Shown here piece after piece: positions 9,687-20,525 of a DNA stretch of 64,000 nt; position 1 is the stretch's first letter; every line of letters begins with the position of its first letter. The notes beneath the pieces were generated by a model. The model had not been told where the DNA came from. It saw only the letters and a program-made list of their open reading frames with translations, and did not search any database. This DNA comes from a virus: IMG/VR virus record IMGVR_UViG_3300045988_179014, positions 280,890 to 344,889 of that record, one strand, 5' to 3'. Position numbers and translations under genes: made by a program.

Positions 9687-10652
9687 TCATTTTTGAAGTA
9701 CGAATCGTGTGGCATCAATACCAGCTCGTGCCCCATCACCCACTGCAATGGCAACTTGACGATGTTCTGGTTTGGTAACATCCCCAGCTATAAAAAACCC
9801 AGGAACATTTGAACATTGAATGAATCCATCTGCAAACAAAGTTACATGAGGTTTTGCAATACTAGAATTCGGCTCCTGTCCAATAGCCACAAAAACCCCA
9901 GTAACCGATAGTTGCCGGCCATCATCAAGTTGTACTGATTCCACTGAGTCAATGCCATCAATAGAGACAATGGATGATTCCATGGATACTGTAATTCGAG
10001 GATGTGTCAACAGTTTTTGCACTGCGGGTTCAGTTGCTCGCCATTTTGAACTTCGCACCAACACATGAACTGATGACGCTACTTGTGCGAGGTATAGTGC
10101 ATCCTCTACAGCTGTTTCTCCACCTCCAACAACTGCTACATGCTCATCCTCAAAAAACAAACCATCACATGTGGCACAATAAGAAACACCATCAAGATGC
10201 TCCCCTGGTATGCCTAATTTCCGTGGGGTGGAGCCAGTAGCAAAAACAACTGATTTGGAAAACATTTTTTCACCAGAAACCAATTGAAGCATAAACCCAT
10301 TATTGTGTGTTTCAATGGTGTCAACTGTTTCGTGTAATAATTGTGCCCCAAATTTTTCTGCATGTGATAAAAACGCATCGGCCAGTGCACTTCCTGTATA
10401 ATCTGGCAGTCCAAGGTAATTGTCTATCTCCTCTGTGGAAAGCAATAAACCACCTTGTGTTTCCCCTGTCAGAACCACAGTTTTCAATCCCGCACGACTG
10501 GTGTATAATGCTGCGGACAAACCAGCAGGTCCAGAACCAACAATTATTGTGTCTATCACTCGTAATCCTCCATATGTTTCAGCAAGTATTTTAACGAAAC
10601 ACCACTGAAGCGAGATTGATGTTTTGTCTGAAGATGTCTTACACCCAATCAC
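9687..10652 (-). CDS. trxB: Thioredoxin-disulfide reductase
   Basis: It has an FAD motif IIVGSGPAGLSAA, a redox-active CATCDG and an NADPH motif VAVVGGGETA. The true start is probably downstream of the listed M, near VIDTIIVGSG. Confidence 0.85.
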   Translation of the reverse strand: MIGCKTSSDKTSISLQWCFVKILAETYGGLRVIDTIIVGSGPAGLSAALYTSRAGLKTVVLTGETQGGLLLSTEEIDNYLGLPDYTGSALADAFLSHAEKFGAQLLHETVDTIETHNNGFMLQLVSGEKMFSKSVVFATGSTPRKLGIPGEHLDGVSYCATCDGLFFEDEHVAVVGGGETAVEDALYLAQVASSVHVLVRSSKWRATEPAVQKLLTHPRITVSMESSIVSIDGIDSVESVQLDDGRQLSVTGVFVAIGQEPNSSIAKPHVTLFADGFIQCSNVPGFFIAGDVTKPEHRQVAIAVGDGARAGIDATRFVLQK

Positions 10653-11977
10653 AATTCATCATCTGGTGACGACACATCAAGACCTTCCATATGCATTAGT
10701 AAAGACAATGGCAGTTTTGTTTCACGGTACAATTCCAAAACCTCTTTAATCTCAGGTCCTGTGAACCTTTTGTAAGCATATAGTTGATTGTAGTGGTCCC
10801 CTTCAGCTGGGAGGACTTCCGGCAAATCTTTTAGCAATGCCTCAAAATCTTTCTCGTCCCATTCCAAAAACGCCTTATAAACGGGGAAAGAATTAAACAA
10901 CATCCAAGATATGTTAGAAGGATTGCGAATGTCCACTTTATCCACTATTTTATTTGCCAATGCTACTAATTGTTCCTGTTCAGAAGCAGTAGCAATACGT
11001 TCCACAACAGTGGAAAATAGTACATTATCAGTTGGTTTGGCTGGACGGATGCCTTTTCGCAATCTGCTCTCTAGAAACTCTCCCACTTCAATAGGGTCAT
11101 GTTCTTGGATGGTTTGGAACAAAATCAACGCATCCTCAATTGCCATGGGAGCCGCAGATAAACCAGGTACAGGAACATGTTTATTCCAGTTGTTGGCATC
11201 ATCCCACAGATAGATGGTCCAATTAACCACTAAATTTCTAATCTCTTCCCTCATCTCAGCCGAAAAACCGAGAAGTGAAGACAATGGCAGTTTTTGGCCA
11301 AATGCATTGGGAGCAGTTTTTCCATTTTCTCCATTGAAGAAAGCCACCAAAGTGTTCATCATCAAACGCTCTTCCCATATAAATGGGGAATTGGTGTCTC
11401 CTGCACGAATACCAGGACACAAGGGAAAAGTTGGAAACAAATACCCAAAAGCGGAGTCAAAATCCAATTGAGACACATTGGGTGCTATTGGATGAGTTTC
11501 AGCAGCTTCCAACACTAAATTCTTGGCATCATTGAAAACATTCTCCTTTGCTGACAGAAAACACAGGAAACTGGCAATAGCACACCATTTGGCGCCAGGT
11601 TCCAATGATTGTGAGAGTATCCACTCAATTGTTTCTTTGCAATCTGGAGAATGTGGATAATACTGAAGTTCCCTGTATGGGGTTTGGACCCGATGAGTTA
11701 CTCCCGGGTTTGGCATTCTAATTGTCCCCATAACATCAATGTATTCTAGTAATGCATCAATGATAGGTTCTAGCAAACCATCATCCTCCAACAAACCACC
11801 ATTGTGAATACTGAACAAGCGTACCAAGTCACTGGAATCTGTTTTCTTGTGAGCCCGGAAGCGGCGAGGGTGTTTTCCCATGTAAGCATAGATTACCGCT
11901 ACTCCAGTCCCCAGAATAATTCTGCGTATCAGCCCACGGTCACGGATTTCTACTGGGTTACGCATTGAACTAGACAT
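10649..11977 (-). CDS. Hypothetical protein (442 aa)
   Basis: This is a long ORF in the operon orientation. Its stop overlaps the start of trxB. No motifs were recognised. Confidence 0.45.
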   Translation of the reverse strand: MSSSMRNPVEIRDRGLIRRIILGTGVAVIYAYMGKHPRRFRAHKKTDSSDLVRLFSIHNGGLLEDDGLLEPIIDALLEYIDVMGTIRMPNPGVTHRVQTPYRELQYYPHSPDCKETIEWILSQSLEPGAKWCAIASFLCFLSAKENVFNDAKNLVLEAAETHPIAPNVSQLDFDSAFGYLFPTFPLCPGIRAGDTNSPFIWEERLMMNTLVAFFNGENGKTAPNAFGQKLPLSSLLGFSAEMREEIRNLVVNWTIYLWDDANNWNKHVPVPGLSAAPMAIEDALILFQTIQEHDPIEVGEFLESRLRKGIRPAKPTDNVLFSTVVERIATASEQEQLVALANKIVDKVDIRNPSNISWMLFNSFPVYKAFLEWDEKDFEALLKDLPEVLPAEGDHYNQLYAYKRFTGPEIKEVLELYRETKLPLSLLMHMEGLDVSSPDDEL

Positions 11978-12367
11978 ATGAAAGGCTACCTCTCTGAAGC
12001 AATATTGGTTTCATCATCAACAATAGCATACAATCTGTTCCTGAGCTACTCAGAACATCATAAAAACATAGCCTGTTCCAAAGATATTTCGCTATTCTGT
12101 ATCATAAAATCGTAGTATTGGGGAAACGAATTTGCATGACTCAGATTCTAAACGTCTATTGTTTTTGACAGTCCAACGATTTTAAGTATTCAATATATCA
12201 AGGATTGAAAAGGATATGTTTCCACTCATTGTAATCATTGTTTATTATTGACAACTGATTACACAACGGAAACATATCCTAATAACTTAATATACTACAT
12301 ATTTTTAACTGATGACTGAATCAGATGATGTTCTAAAAACTACTAATTAACTGTTAACGTGTTTTGT

Positions 12368-12718
12368 TCATGAGTCTAAAGAGTGCTCTAAACACATCAA
12401 GCTTACTGTGTCTCCATAACGTTCATAATTTTGGAGCCATTTGACTTGCCGGGACATCTGCAACAATGATAAATAATTCAAACCCTGACCGTTTCCACTT
12501 TGAATCAGCTGTTCAAGCGCTTTTTCCAAAGTGTTGGCCAGGGTTTTTGTTTTCGAACGTGCTGGATTCGTCCCGAGCACCCCAAGACGTTTGGCAATGC
12601 CTGCAATGGTTGCTCTCTCCCAGATTGATTGAATCGTAGCATCATTATAGTCATCATCAATGGTTGTTGAATCTTTGATGTCAGACTCACAAAGTGGATG
12701 GTCCAACAAAACACTCAT
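12368..12718 (-). CDS. Hypothetical protein (116 aa)
   Basis: The ORF is on the strand of its neighbours. The function is unknown. Confidence 0.35.
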   Translation of the reverse strand: MSVLLDHPLCESDIKDSTTIDDDYNDATIQSIWERATIAGIAKRLGVLGTNPARSKTKTLANTLEKALEQLIQSGNGQGLNYLSLLQMSRQVKWLQNYERYGDTVSLMCLEHSLDS

Positions 12719-12940
12719 AATCGGTCTCCTCTGAACTAGGAACTAATAACAAACATGTAGTTTCATCAGTTCGTGGCAGGTAGGCGAGACTGATTAAATT
12801 ATCTACAATCACCATAATAGACAACCGCGTCCAAACAAGTCAAATCATTCTTCAAAAATGTTTATGCTAAAATAACAACAATATTTAAAAACCATGAAAA
12901 CAGAAACCATAGTCTTACCAAAACGCCAGTAAAATCAATG

Positions 12941-13429
12941 TTATTGGTTTGTGGAAGCGATACCGGTCGAGTCTTTGTGTTCCCAGAGTTTCATCAAACC
13001 GTTACGAACTCTGTCCACGTCATCAGGGGTACCCAATAATTCAAATGAGTACAGTAGGGGAATTTGAAGTTTACGACTGATGATTTTACCAGCCAATCCA
13101 AAAGCGGTACCAAAGTTAACATTTCCAGCTGTAATCACACCCAAACAATGTGAACGATTGTCAACATCATTGAGAAACTTAATCACTTGTTTAGGAACTG
13201 CTCCTTTTACTTCCCCACCACCATAGGTAGGAACCACCAATACATATTCCTCATTAACATGCAGAAAAGGGTCTTTTGCCCTCAACGGGATTCTCTCACT
13301 TGGAAAACCCAATTTCTCCACAAACCGTTTAGTGTTTTCTGTGACGGATGAAAAATACACCAACTTGACCATTACATACCTTTCGTCTGAATCTCTCAGT
13401 AGTTTAACCAATGAAGGAACCAAGAGCAC
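12941..13429 (-). CDS. nrdI: NrdI flavodoxin-like protein
   Basis: The motifs [42 protein letters not shown] and [13 protein letters not shown] match NrdI. The likely start is MVKLVYFSS near 13369. No nrdE/nrdF gene is adjacent. Confidence 0.7.
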   Translation of the reverse strand: MLLVPSLVKLLRDSDERYVMVKLVYFSSVTENTKRFVEKLGFPSERIPLRAKDPFLHVNEEYVLVVPTYGGGEVKGAVPKQVIKFLNDVDNRSHCLGVITAGNVNFGTAFGLAGKIISRKLQIPLLYSFELLGTPDDVDRVRNGLMKLWEHKDSTGIASTNQ

Positions 13430-13540
13430 CAGAACACACCAACCACTTCATCCTGTTAACACTGTTCGTTTTGTTGGAGATAAAGTGACAGTGTTTCAAT
13501 TAAGAATCAAAGTATGTATCCATTGAGGTTGTTGTATATG

Positions 13541-14779
13541 TTACAGAACCCCTCTGAAAATGTTGGCAAGGTCCGAGATGATGATAAGACTCATGAAAAT
13601 CAGCACAGGAACGCCAGTAATAATTGACATGGCGCCCATCCCGCGTGGACCGATAGGACGATAGACACGACGAGTCAATTTACTGAAACCCATTTTCACA
13701 CTATCCAGCAACGCCATGAAAATGCGTCCACCATCCAACGGCATCAATGGAAGAAACAAGTTGATGAAACCCAATCCGATGTTCAACAATCCAGAATACA
13801 TGAGCATCATCTTGAATTTGTTACCATCAGTCAATCGTGTGGATGCAGTGGTGTCACCATATGTTTTCCCCACTGCCACAATAGACGATGGAGCTTCTGC
13901 ATCCCGTTCTGTTGTGCCCAGAATATTATTCACCAGGCCAGGAATTTTGGATGGTAGTTTTGCCAATGATTCCGTGTTGAGAACAAACAAGTTTTTCATG
14001 GCTTCAACAGATTCACCAAAAGTTGCTGTTCGTTCCACACTTGCAAGATTGATACCAATTTTTCCGTTGGTTACTGGTACTGTAAAAGTCTGTTGTGAAC
14101 CGTTACGTTCCACTACAACAGACACTTGGTTTTGATTTGCAAGTAGTGGACTGATTTGGCGACTGTTTTCCACAGGGGTCCCATTAATGCTAACAATGTT
14201 GTCCCCTGGTTGTAATCCTCCTCGTTCCGCACCACATGATTCCCCTGCTTTTATTTGTTCACAACTGTTTACTGTATCAATTCGATTACTGATGAAATTG
14301 CTGGGAAATGCCATCAATATGGTTATTAGGATTGCTGCACCCAGAATCAGGTTCACCACAGGCCCCGCCATGAAAACCAGAATACGTTTCCAAGGTGATA
14401 CATGAGACAACAAGTTCTTTCGAGCCTCGTAATCATCCAAGAGTTTTTGACGTTCCTTCTCTGTCTTTTCTCTTGTCTCATCATCAATGTTGGATTGAGC
14501 CAATATGTCATCATAAACAGATGTATCTGGTTTGGGTGTTTTGTCATCCTCAATCAACACGAATCCGCCCAATGGAACAGCTTTGACCCCATATTCTGTG
14601 CTTTTGTGTTTACGAGAGAATATTGTGGGGCCAAATCCGACGAAAAATTTTGGCACATGCAGTTTCACAGCTTTGGCAACAACCATATGACCTGCCTCAT
14701 GAAGACCAATGGATACAACCAATATGACCAAGAAAATAATCAAACCACATATCCAGGCCAAACTTTCCGTCAACTGCAT
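13541..14779 (-). CDS. rseP: RIP site-2 zinc metalloprotease RseP/Rip1
   Basis: It has HEAGHMVVAK (HExxH) in the first TM region, a PDZ-like middle region, and an LDG motif PLMPLDGGRIF. It has multiple TM segments. Confidence 0.85.
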   Translation of the reverse strand: MQLTESLAWICGLIIFLVILVVSIGLHEAGHMVVAKAVKLHVPKFFVGFGPTIFSRKHKSTEYGVKAVPLGGFVLIEDDKTPKPDTSVYDDILAQSNIDDETREKTEKERQKLLDDYEARKNLLSHVSPWKRILVFMAGPVVNLILGAAILITILMAFPSNFISNRIDTVNSCEQIKAGESCGAERGGLQPGDNIVSINGTPVENSRQISPLLANQNQVSVVVERNGSQQTFTVPVTNGKIGINLASVERTATFGESVEAMKNLFVLNTESLAKLPSKIPGLVNNILGTTERDAEAPSSIVAVGKTYGDTTASTRLTDGNKFKMMLMYSGLLNIGLGFINLFLPLMPLDGGRIFMALLDSVKMGFSKLTRRVYRPIGPRGMGAMSIITGVPVLIFMSLIIISDLANIFRGVL

Positions 14780-15016
14780 GATTCAGGCTCCTTTGTTAAT
14801 CGTTCAGTACTGAATATTACAGACCTGAATATTAGGACTGCTTTATCAATATCCCAGAATTATTCATTCCTACGCTATCAAATACGTTTCCAAAATCAAT
14901 CACAACTTTATACAGAATTTGTTTACATGATGAATGAAACCAACTGACCTCATTACAGCTCATTCCAAATACTTATGACAAACATACAGAAAACTGGCCG
15001 ATAATATTTTCTTACA

Positions 15017-15874
15017 CTATGGGGATTCAACCACTAGAAGAGCATTGCTTGAAGGCCAAATAACTGTTCCATCTGAAGACATGATACGTACTTTGGATTT
15101 CAGGTGTTCTATATAGCCTGATTGAACATACTGCTCATGATGCAATATGGTGAACTTGTGTTGTGACAACAATGCGAGATAATCCAGTTCAGTCAATATT
15201 CCATACATTTCCTGTACTTCACGGATTGCTGATTCTGGTCCCCATGTATATGTGTACACTATTTCCATTGCAGACCCCAGATTGCCAATCCAATTGTTTG
15301 GGCCGCTTTGCTGCAAGTTTACGGTCCATGAACTGAATGAATCAGACCAGAAGGGAGAATTGTCAGCATAGTAACACACAAAATCGTCTCCATCAGATTG
15401 CAGGAATTGCACCATTACTGAATCAGACCAATTGGAGGGTTTGATACCGTCACGTATGACAAGACGACCCCCTGGACGAAGTAATCGACGAAAACTAATC
15501 AATGCGTTGTTCACGTCAATCAAATCACCAGGAACATGAAATGCTTCCCCATATGAATACACTTCATGCATTATTGAGGAACACACAACATTGTCAAAAC
15601 TGTTTTCAGGAAACAATGAATCCAATTCAGCTACATGTCCCAATACCCCGTGAATATTGTCATATTGTTGGATACGCGTTTGTGATGATGGGGATGCATC
15701 CAAAGCATAGGTTTCATATCCATGATTTGCCATGATGTGTGACAGTTTGCCGCTACCTGCTCCAACATCCAGAACTGAACCAGGTACCAGCCAATCCAAA
15801 ATATGCTGTTTATCTCCTAATGATGCTTCCATCCGCTGAAAATATGTTGCATCATGACTATCAACCATCACCAT
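15017..15874 (-). CDS. Class I SAM-dependent methyltransferase
   Basis: Motif I is VLDVGAGSGKLS and motif II-like is TYALDAS. The substrate is unknown. Confidence 0.6.
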   Translation of the reverse strand: MVMVDSHDATYFQRMEASLGDKQHILDWLVPGSVLDVGAGSGKLSHIMANHGYETYALDASPSSQTRIQQYDNIHGVLGHVAELDSLFPENSFDNVVCSSIMHEVYSYGEAFHVPGDLIDVNNALISFRRLLRPGGRLVIRDGIKPSNWSDSVMVQFLQSDGDDFVCYYADNSPFWSDSFSSWTVNLQQSGPNNWIGNLGSAMEIVYTYTWGPESAIREVQEMYGILTELDYLALLSQHKFTILHHEQYVQSGYIEHLKSKVRIMSSDGTVIWPSSNALLVVESP

Positions 15875-16060
15875 GAATATGTTCTCTTCCTTTGTTTGTT
15901 TTTGGTAACAAGTATACTAAGCATACATTACACAATTGGAACATCATACTAGTAGTGGTTGAAGAAACAATAATGGTTCACATTCCATCACGCTCTTTAA
16001 AAGTGAATATTATGGAGTGTGAACCAACAGATTACCGCTAAACTTGTATAAGAATGCGTC

Positions 16061-16441
16061 TTAAGTATTATCTGGCCTTGGATATACTGTTTCTGCGTCA
16101 AACAACAGTCTTACTTGATATCCTGTACCAAAACCAATGGTAACAGGCCTGATAATTTCTGCTACCCCTGAAGTCACTAGACATTCCGTGACGCCTGCTC
16201 CTTCTCCATAATCTTTGATGAATACTTGATTTGGACCAATGTCAACATTAGGTAGCAGGTTGACACTAACAGAAGTTGGTATATATTCATCTTCCACGGC
16301 CAAGCCCAAATTACCATCCAGATATCTGAACACACTGACTTCTGCTGGTTCTCCATTATTGTATGGATAAGCTTCTGTTACAACGGGAATTGCCACACCA
16401 ACTGAACGATACGTGCTCACACTGCACCCTTTCCTCTCCAA
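16061..16441 (-). CDS. Hypothetical protein (126 aa)
   Basis: This is an ORF only. Its predicted start region is Cys/Val-rich. Confidence 0.3.
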   Translation of the reverse strand: MERKGCSVSTYRSVGVAIPVVTEAYPYNNGEPAEVSVFRYLDGNLGLAVEDEYIPTSVSVNLLPNVDIGPNQVFIKDYGEGAGVTECLVTSGVAEIIRPVTIGFGTGYQVRLLFDAETVYPRPDNT

Positions 16442-16660
16442 ATTTTGTTCATATACAGATTAGCGCAACACATACAAATAATCAACTATCAACAAGTGTT
16501 TACACATCACCTCAAGTAGTAGTGGTACATTGCATTAGGCTCTGCGTATCAAAGCGAAAGATGATAAGAACAATCAAGTAAACAACTATACGTGAAACTA
16601 ATGAAATTTGAAGTTGGGGTAATATTCAAGTTCTGTTTGCATTTACACATATATTCATGA

Positions 16661-16811
16661 CGTACCCAGACGTGTTTTGAGTTTAATTTTCTCGTTTCCT
16701 GATGCAAGTATCACGAAGAAGCATTTCGCGTAAAACTTCTTAAAAATATGAAAAACGTCCCCGAATCGGCTTGGTAGAATCTAGCCTATTCAAGGGACGT
16801 TACAGAAAGAG
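16661..16811 (+). repeat. Copy 2 of the roughly 150-bp intergenic repeat
   Basis: It reads cgtacccagacgtgttttgag...ttcctgatgcaagtatcac...gaaaaacgtccccgaatcggcttggtagaatctagcctattcaagggacgttacagaaag. Confidence 0.75.
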
Positions 16812-16946
16812 ATTTGCAGCACAATTTGACGTACCAAAATCCAACAATATTCAGGCCATAGTAATAGATTCTGACTCTAACATCTCAGAAGAGTATTCTT
16901 CATCTGTGTTGGTACGCAAGAATAGCCTCCACATGATAAATGGTTG

Positions 16947-17618
16947 TCATTGAAACCCCCAAAAGTGCTTCATGGTATCCAACTCAGCTCTGGAGATACC
17001 ATACCGATAATCTGGCTTCACCAACAACACATTCTCCCTAATAAAGGTGTTCTTCAAAGAATCATCAGTCTGAACCAAGGCAACATCCAATGCCTCATCA
17101 TCAGCCCATATTGCTTTGGCTGTGGGGCACAAATCAGACACCCCATAAAATGCATCATGAAAAGCTGTTCGTTTTTTCGCATGGTGCCAATCACGATTAT
17201 CCTCACCCCATGGAAGATAATACGCCTCATTGTGGAAACACAAACCCATACGTTGCATAACAGCACCCATATGCTCACGCCAAGTGGTCAACCACACCAC
17301 CAACGTATCAGCAGTAGACGCCATATCATTGACAGCAGACACCAGCTCTGCGGACCAAGCCAACTCATACGTTTTGGGCTCGTAATCCTCCCAATACCTT
17401 GCCTTCTTAACATAATACGGGTTTGGGTGTCGCTCATGATACGTTGGATTGAAGTACTGCTTTTTGAAAGTACCACGAGCGCTTGAATTGAACACCCCAT
17501 CATAGTCCAACACCAAAAATCGCGTTATCCCGTTTTGCAACAATGACTGAACAGGAGGTAACGGGGTCAAAGTGTGTTTTCCCATGAGTGTCCTCCCTAC
17601 GATGTCAGCAATAATCAA
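16947..17618 (-). CDS. Hypothetical protein, possibly HAD-like hydrolase
   Basis: Motifs FLVLDYDGV (DxD-like), VVWLTTW and IWADDEA loosely fit HAD motifs I, II and IV. This is a weak assignment. Confidence 0.35.
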   Translation of the reverse strand: MIIADIVGRTLMGKHTLTPLPPVQSLLQNGITRFLVLDYDGVFNSSARGTFKKQYFNPTYHERHPNPYYVKKARYWEDYEPKTYELAWSAELVSAVNDMASTADTLVVWLTTWREHMGAVMQRMGLCFHNEAYYLPWGEDNRDWHHAKKRTAFHDAFYGVSDLCPTAKAIWADDEALDVALVQTDDSLKNTFIRENVLLVKPDYRYGISRAELDTMKHFWGFQ

Positions 17619-17804
17619 TCATCCATTATAGCAGAACAACAACCAATCCACCATAGATTACAACCAACAAACAGAACACCAAACAAACAAAAGCTCAACT
17701 GATTCTTGATGTTTCTCAATCGTTGGGAAACCATGCCCCCTCAGTTTAAGAATCTGTAAGGAATATGTCCATTGAATAACATGTGTTTCAATGATTTCAG
17801 AGTT

Positions 17805-18389
17805 TTAGTTGTTGGCGCCAAAACGACGATTGAACTCATCAGGCGTCACATCCCAGAATTGAGAACCATCATGATTGAATTCCACCACAACTGCCGCAAA
17901 AGCAGTCAACCCATTCAGTCTAGCAGCTGCAAACCTATGGTTCCCATCAACAATATGTGGTATGTCATCCACAATAGCCACCAACGGGAAGCTCTCATGC
18001 GTATCTTTGAGTGTTTGCCGGAACAATGAACCAGCAAACGGATTCTTCTGTTGACGGTATTTTTCCAAGATATCCGGACAGATGAGTTTCTGGAGAGTAG
18101 TTAATGGCGCGCTCAAATCATACCCAGGGACAACATCCTGAGCGTCATATTCCTCCAACAAGTCTGCCATTTCGGCAAACCTGTGATACGATGCCCCATC
18201 TGGCGACGTTTCACAATACACACTTGGCAGATTGGGTTGGTGAAAAGGAATTCCAATTGAGTCCGTAGCAATTGTAAACTCAAATTCTTCCGGAACAACT
18301 ATTCTCTTCATCAAGAATAATCCCATCTTCCTGTGTGCGAGTTTTCGATTGGTTGTGTACAGCATACCATCATGAAACCAATAGTTCAA
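17805..18389 (-). CDS. ParB/Srx-like nuclease domain protein
   Basis: The motif IVDGNHRFAAARLNG matches the ParB N-terminal (DGxHR) fold signature. It is a standalone 194-aa protein. Confidence 0.5.
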   Translation of the reverse strand: MNYWFHDGMLYTTNRKLAHRKMGLFLMKRIVVPEEFEFTIATDSIGIPFHQPNLPSVYCETSPDGASYHRFAEMADLLEEYDAQDVVPGYDLSAPLTTLQKLICPDILEKYRQQKNPFAGSLFRQTLKDTHESFPLVAIVDDIPHIVDGNHRFAAARLNGLTAFAAVVVEFNHDGSQFWDVTPDEFNRRFGANN

Positions 18390-18603
18390 AACGCAACAAC
18401 ATCAGAGAACTCAAACAAAAACGTTCACAAAACCGTATCCAATACAAAAATGTCTCAATACGGTGTCAAAAAACCAACAATGTTTATTTTGAGGGTTTGT
18501 ATCTGGTTTTATTTCTCATGATTACAAACAACCATTGAAGAAAAACCCAATACCAATGGAAACAATTTATTGATTGATGGAAAACATGCCCAATACAAAA
18601 GTA

Positions 18604-20469
18604 TCAACGTGGGGAAGTTTTGATAATAGCCAGCAAAAACTGTAATAAACCCACAACCAGCATAACACTCAACACTAAAAGAAGTATTGGTCCATAAATG
18701 ATAGGGATAGGAACAAAACTCAACACTGTCTTACCTGGAGCTTCTTCTTTCTTCAAATGAGACAGGTTGGTATGTTTCGCTGTTTTTGCCCGGTCATGTA
18801 ATCCTGAAATCGCCAACACCATAGAGGCCAATGCGCCGGTTCCTGCACCAATCAATCCCCAAAAAACAAAAATCAGGTTTTGATACATGGGTTGTATGTA
18901 CGGGAGCACAAATTGTTGACCTATCAAAGGAACTACAACAATCATGGATACAGAAACCATAAACGCTGTAAGCAATCCCAAACCCAAAGCCCACGGAATG
19001 GCGATGTTTCTTGCAGGATGCCACCATGCTCGTGCAAAAGATGGAGTTTCCTCTGCCATACAGTGAAAAGCTAGTTTTGGATTATGTCTTAACAGGACTC
19101 GATATGGTGGACGTACACCCCATGAACCATCTGCATAATCCAACACCATCTTGCCCTTGATTTTCTTTGGATGTGATGGTGAAGAAGTTTTCGTTGCAGG
19201 CTGTGTACGAGGGGTTATAGGATTGGGAGACGACAACCCAGCCATATTGGGAATTTGTTTAGCAGATTTTGGAGAGCTAGACGAATTAGGAGAGGAAATA
19301 CGTTGAGGACTCTGTGAAGGAATATTTGGTAAAGCCCTAGGTGCCGGCCCAATTGATGATTCAGCATCCTGAAACTTCACTGAAGGTAGCTTCTTCTGGT
19401 CCGGTATTTTTGTTTTAGGCACTTCACGGGACCATGGGTCAAGATTACCAGCATCTTTGTGAACACACCAAGCACACTGTTTGTCTTTACTGTCAAACCA
19501 GTGCTGAGAAACTTTTGAACATTGAACCAACCTGGACAATACGTCATCCAGTAAAGAAATAAAGGTTTCAAGAGATGGCCGTTTTGTCGGGTCAGCTTGC
19601 AATGCTTTTACCATAGGGGTGTGAAGTATTGACGGGATAGCTCGTGTGGGTATACGAGGTACTGGTCGGAAATGCCGAGCTGACGAAGGATTCAAACCAG
19701 GAAGAATTGATTGACGAATTTTCTCAACCATAGAGGGGGGTTCGTTTTTCTCATCTGTAAAAATACCATCAGTGGGATGTGCACCACCAGTCAACATCTG
19801 AAACATGGCAACAACATATGCAAACGTGTCAGATGCTATGGTTCGTCGCTGGTCTTTGAGAGACCCATGTGTCAATTCTGCTGCTGTGTATTCCGGCTTA
19901 CCGACCATACACGGAAATACACGTCCATCTTTTGCAACAATCTGAGCTGAATCGGTATCAACAATGAAAACACTGGCATCGGTTCCCACGAAAATGTTGG
20001 ATTCATTGACATCACCAACACAATGCCCTGCTGTGTGAATGGCGTGTATTGCTACTGCCAGGTTACGGCTTGCGGTCAAAGCATACTGAACATCAAAACC
20101 ACTGGCAGTTCCTCTACGGTCGCGTGTATTGGACAATTCAGCCCATGAACGATAGTTCGATGAATCCAGTTTTACCATGAGATAGCCTTGAAACTTCCCA
20201 TGCTCCGCCAACAATGCCAACGGCCATGCCACAGAGTTCGAATCTGGGGGCATTGTTACCATGGCCACCAATTTTTGGGTTCTATCGCCTTCAGCAGGAT
20301 TGTGATAGATTTTGGCAACCAACATGGACGCGTCAGGAAGACCATCAAGTGAATGTGATTCAACATTGTAGACAGAACCTTCTCCACCTTTACCCAACGG
20401 TTCATCAGAAATAACCACTGAACCTTTATTTGTTGGGGTACGGCCTAGGAGTTTTCTACTCACATCCAT
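18604..20469 (-). CDS. Ser/Thr protein kinase with Pro-rich linker and C-terminal 4-TM anchor
   Basis: It has a Gly-loop LGKGGEGSVY, a Lys VAKIYH, a catalytic loop HCVGDVNESNIFV and DTDS (DFG-like). A P/S-rich segment runs about 370-430. Four hydrophobic helices lie in the last 170 aa. Confidence 0.7.
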   Translation of the reverse strand: MDVSRKLLGRTPTNKGSVVISDEPLGKGGEGSVYNVESHSLDGLPDASMLVAKIYHNPAEGDRTQKLVAMVTMPPDSNSVAWPLALLAEHGKFQGYLMVKLDSSNYRSWAELSNTRDRRGTASGFDVQYALTASRNLAVAIHAIHTAGHCVGDVNESNIFVGTDASVFIVDTDSAQIVAKDGRVFPCMVGKPEYTAAELTHGSLKDQRRTIASDTFAYVVAMFQMLTGGAHPTDGIFTDEKNEPPSMVEKIRQSILPGLNPSSARHFRPVPRIPTRAIPSILHTPMVKALQADPTKRPSLETFISLLDDVLSRLVQCSKVSQHWFDSKDKQCAWCVHKDAGNLDPWSREVPKTKIPDQKKLPSVKFQDAESSIGPAPRALPNIPSQSPQRISSPNSSSSPKSAKQIPNMAGLSSPNPITPRTQPATKTSSPSHPKKIKGKMVLDYADGSWGVRPPYRVLLRHNPKLAFHCMAEETPSFARAWWHPARNIAIPWALGLGLLTAFMVSVSMIVVVPLIGQQFVLPYIQPMYQNLIFVFWGLIGAGTGALASMVLAISGLHDRAKTAKHTNLSHLKKEEAPGKTVLSFVPIPIIYGPILLLVLSVMLVVGLLQFLLAIIKTSPR

Positions 20470-20525
20470 TCCTTCTGGTGTTTGTACATGATTACATCAA
20501 ATATCATCTACTTTATTCACCGAAG

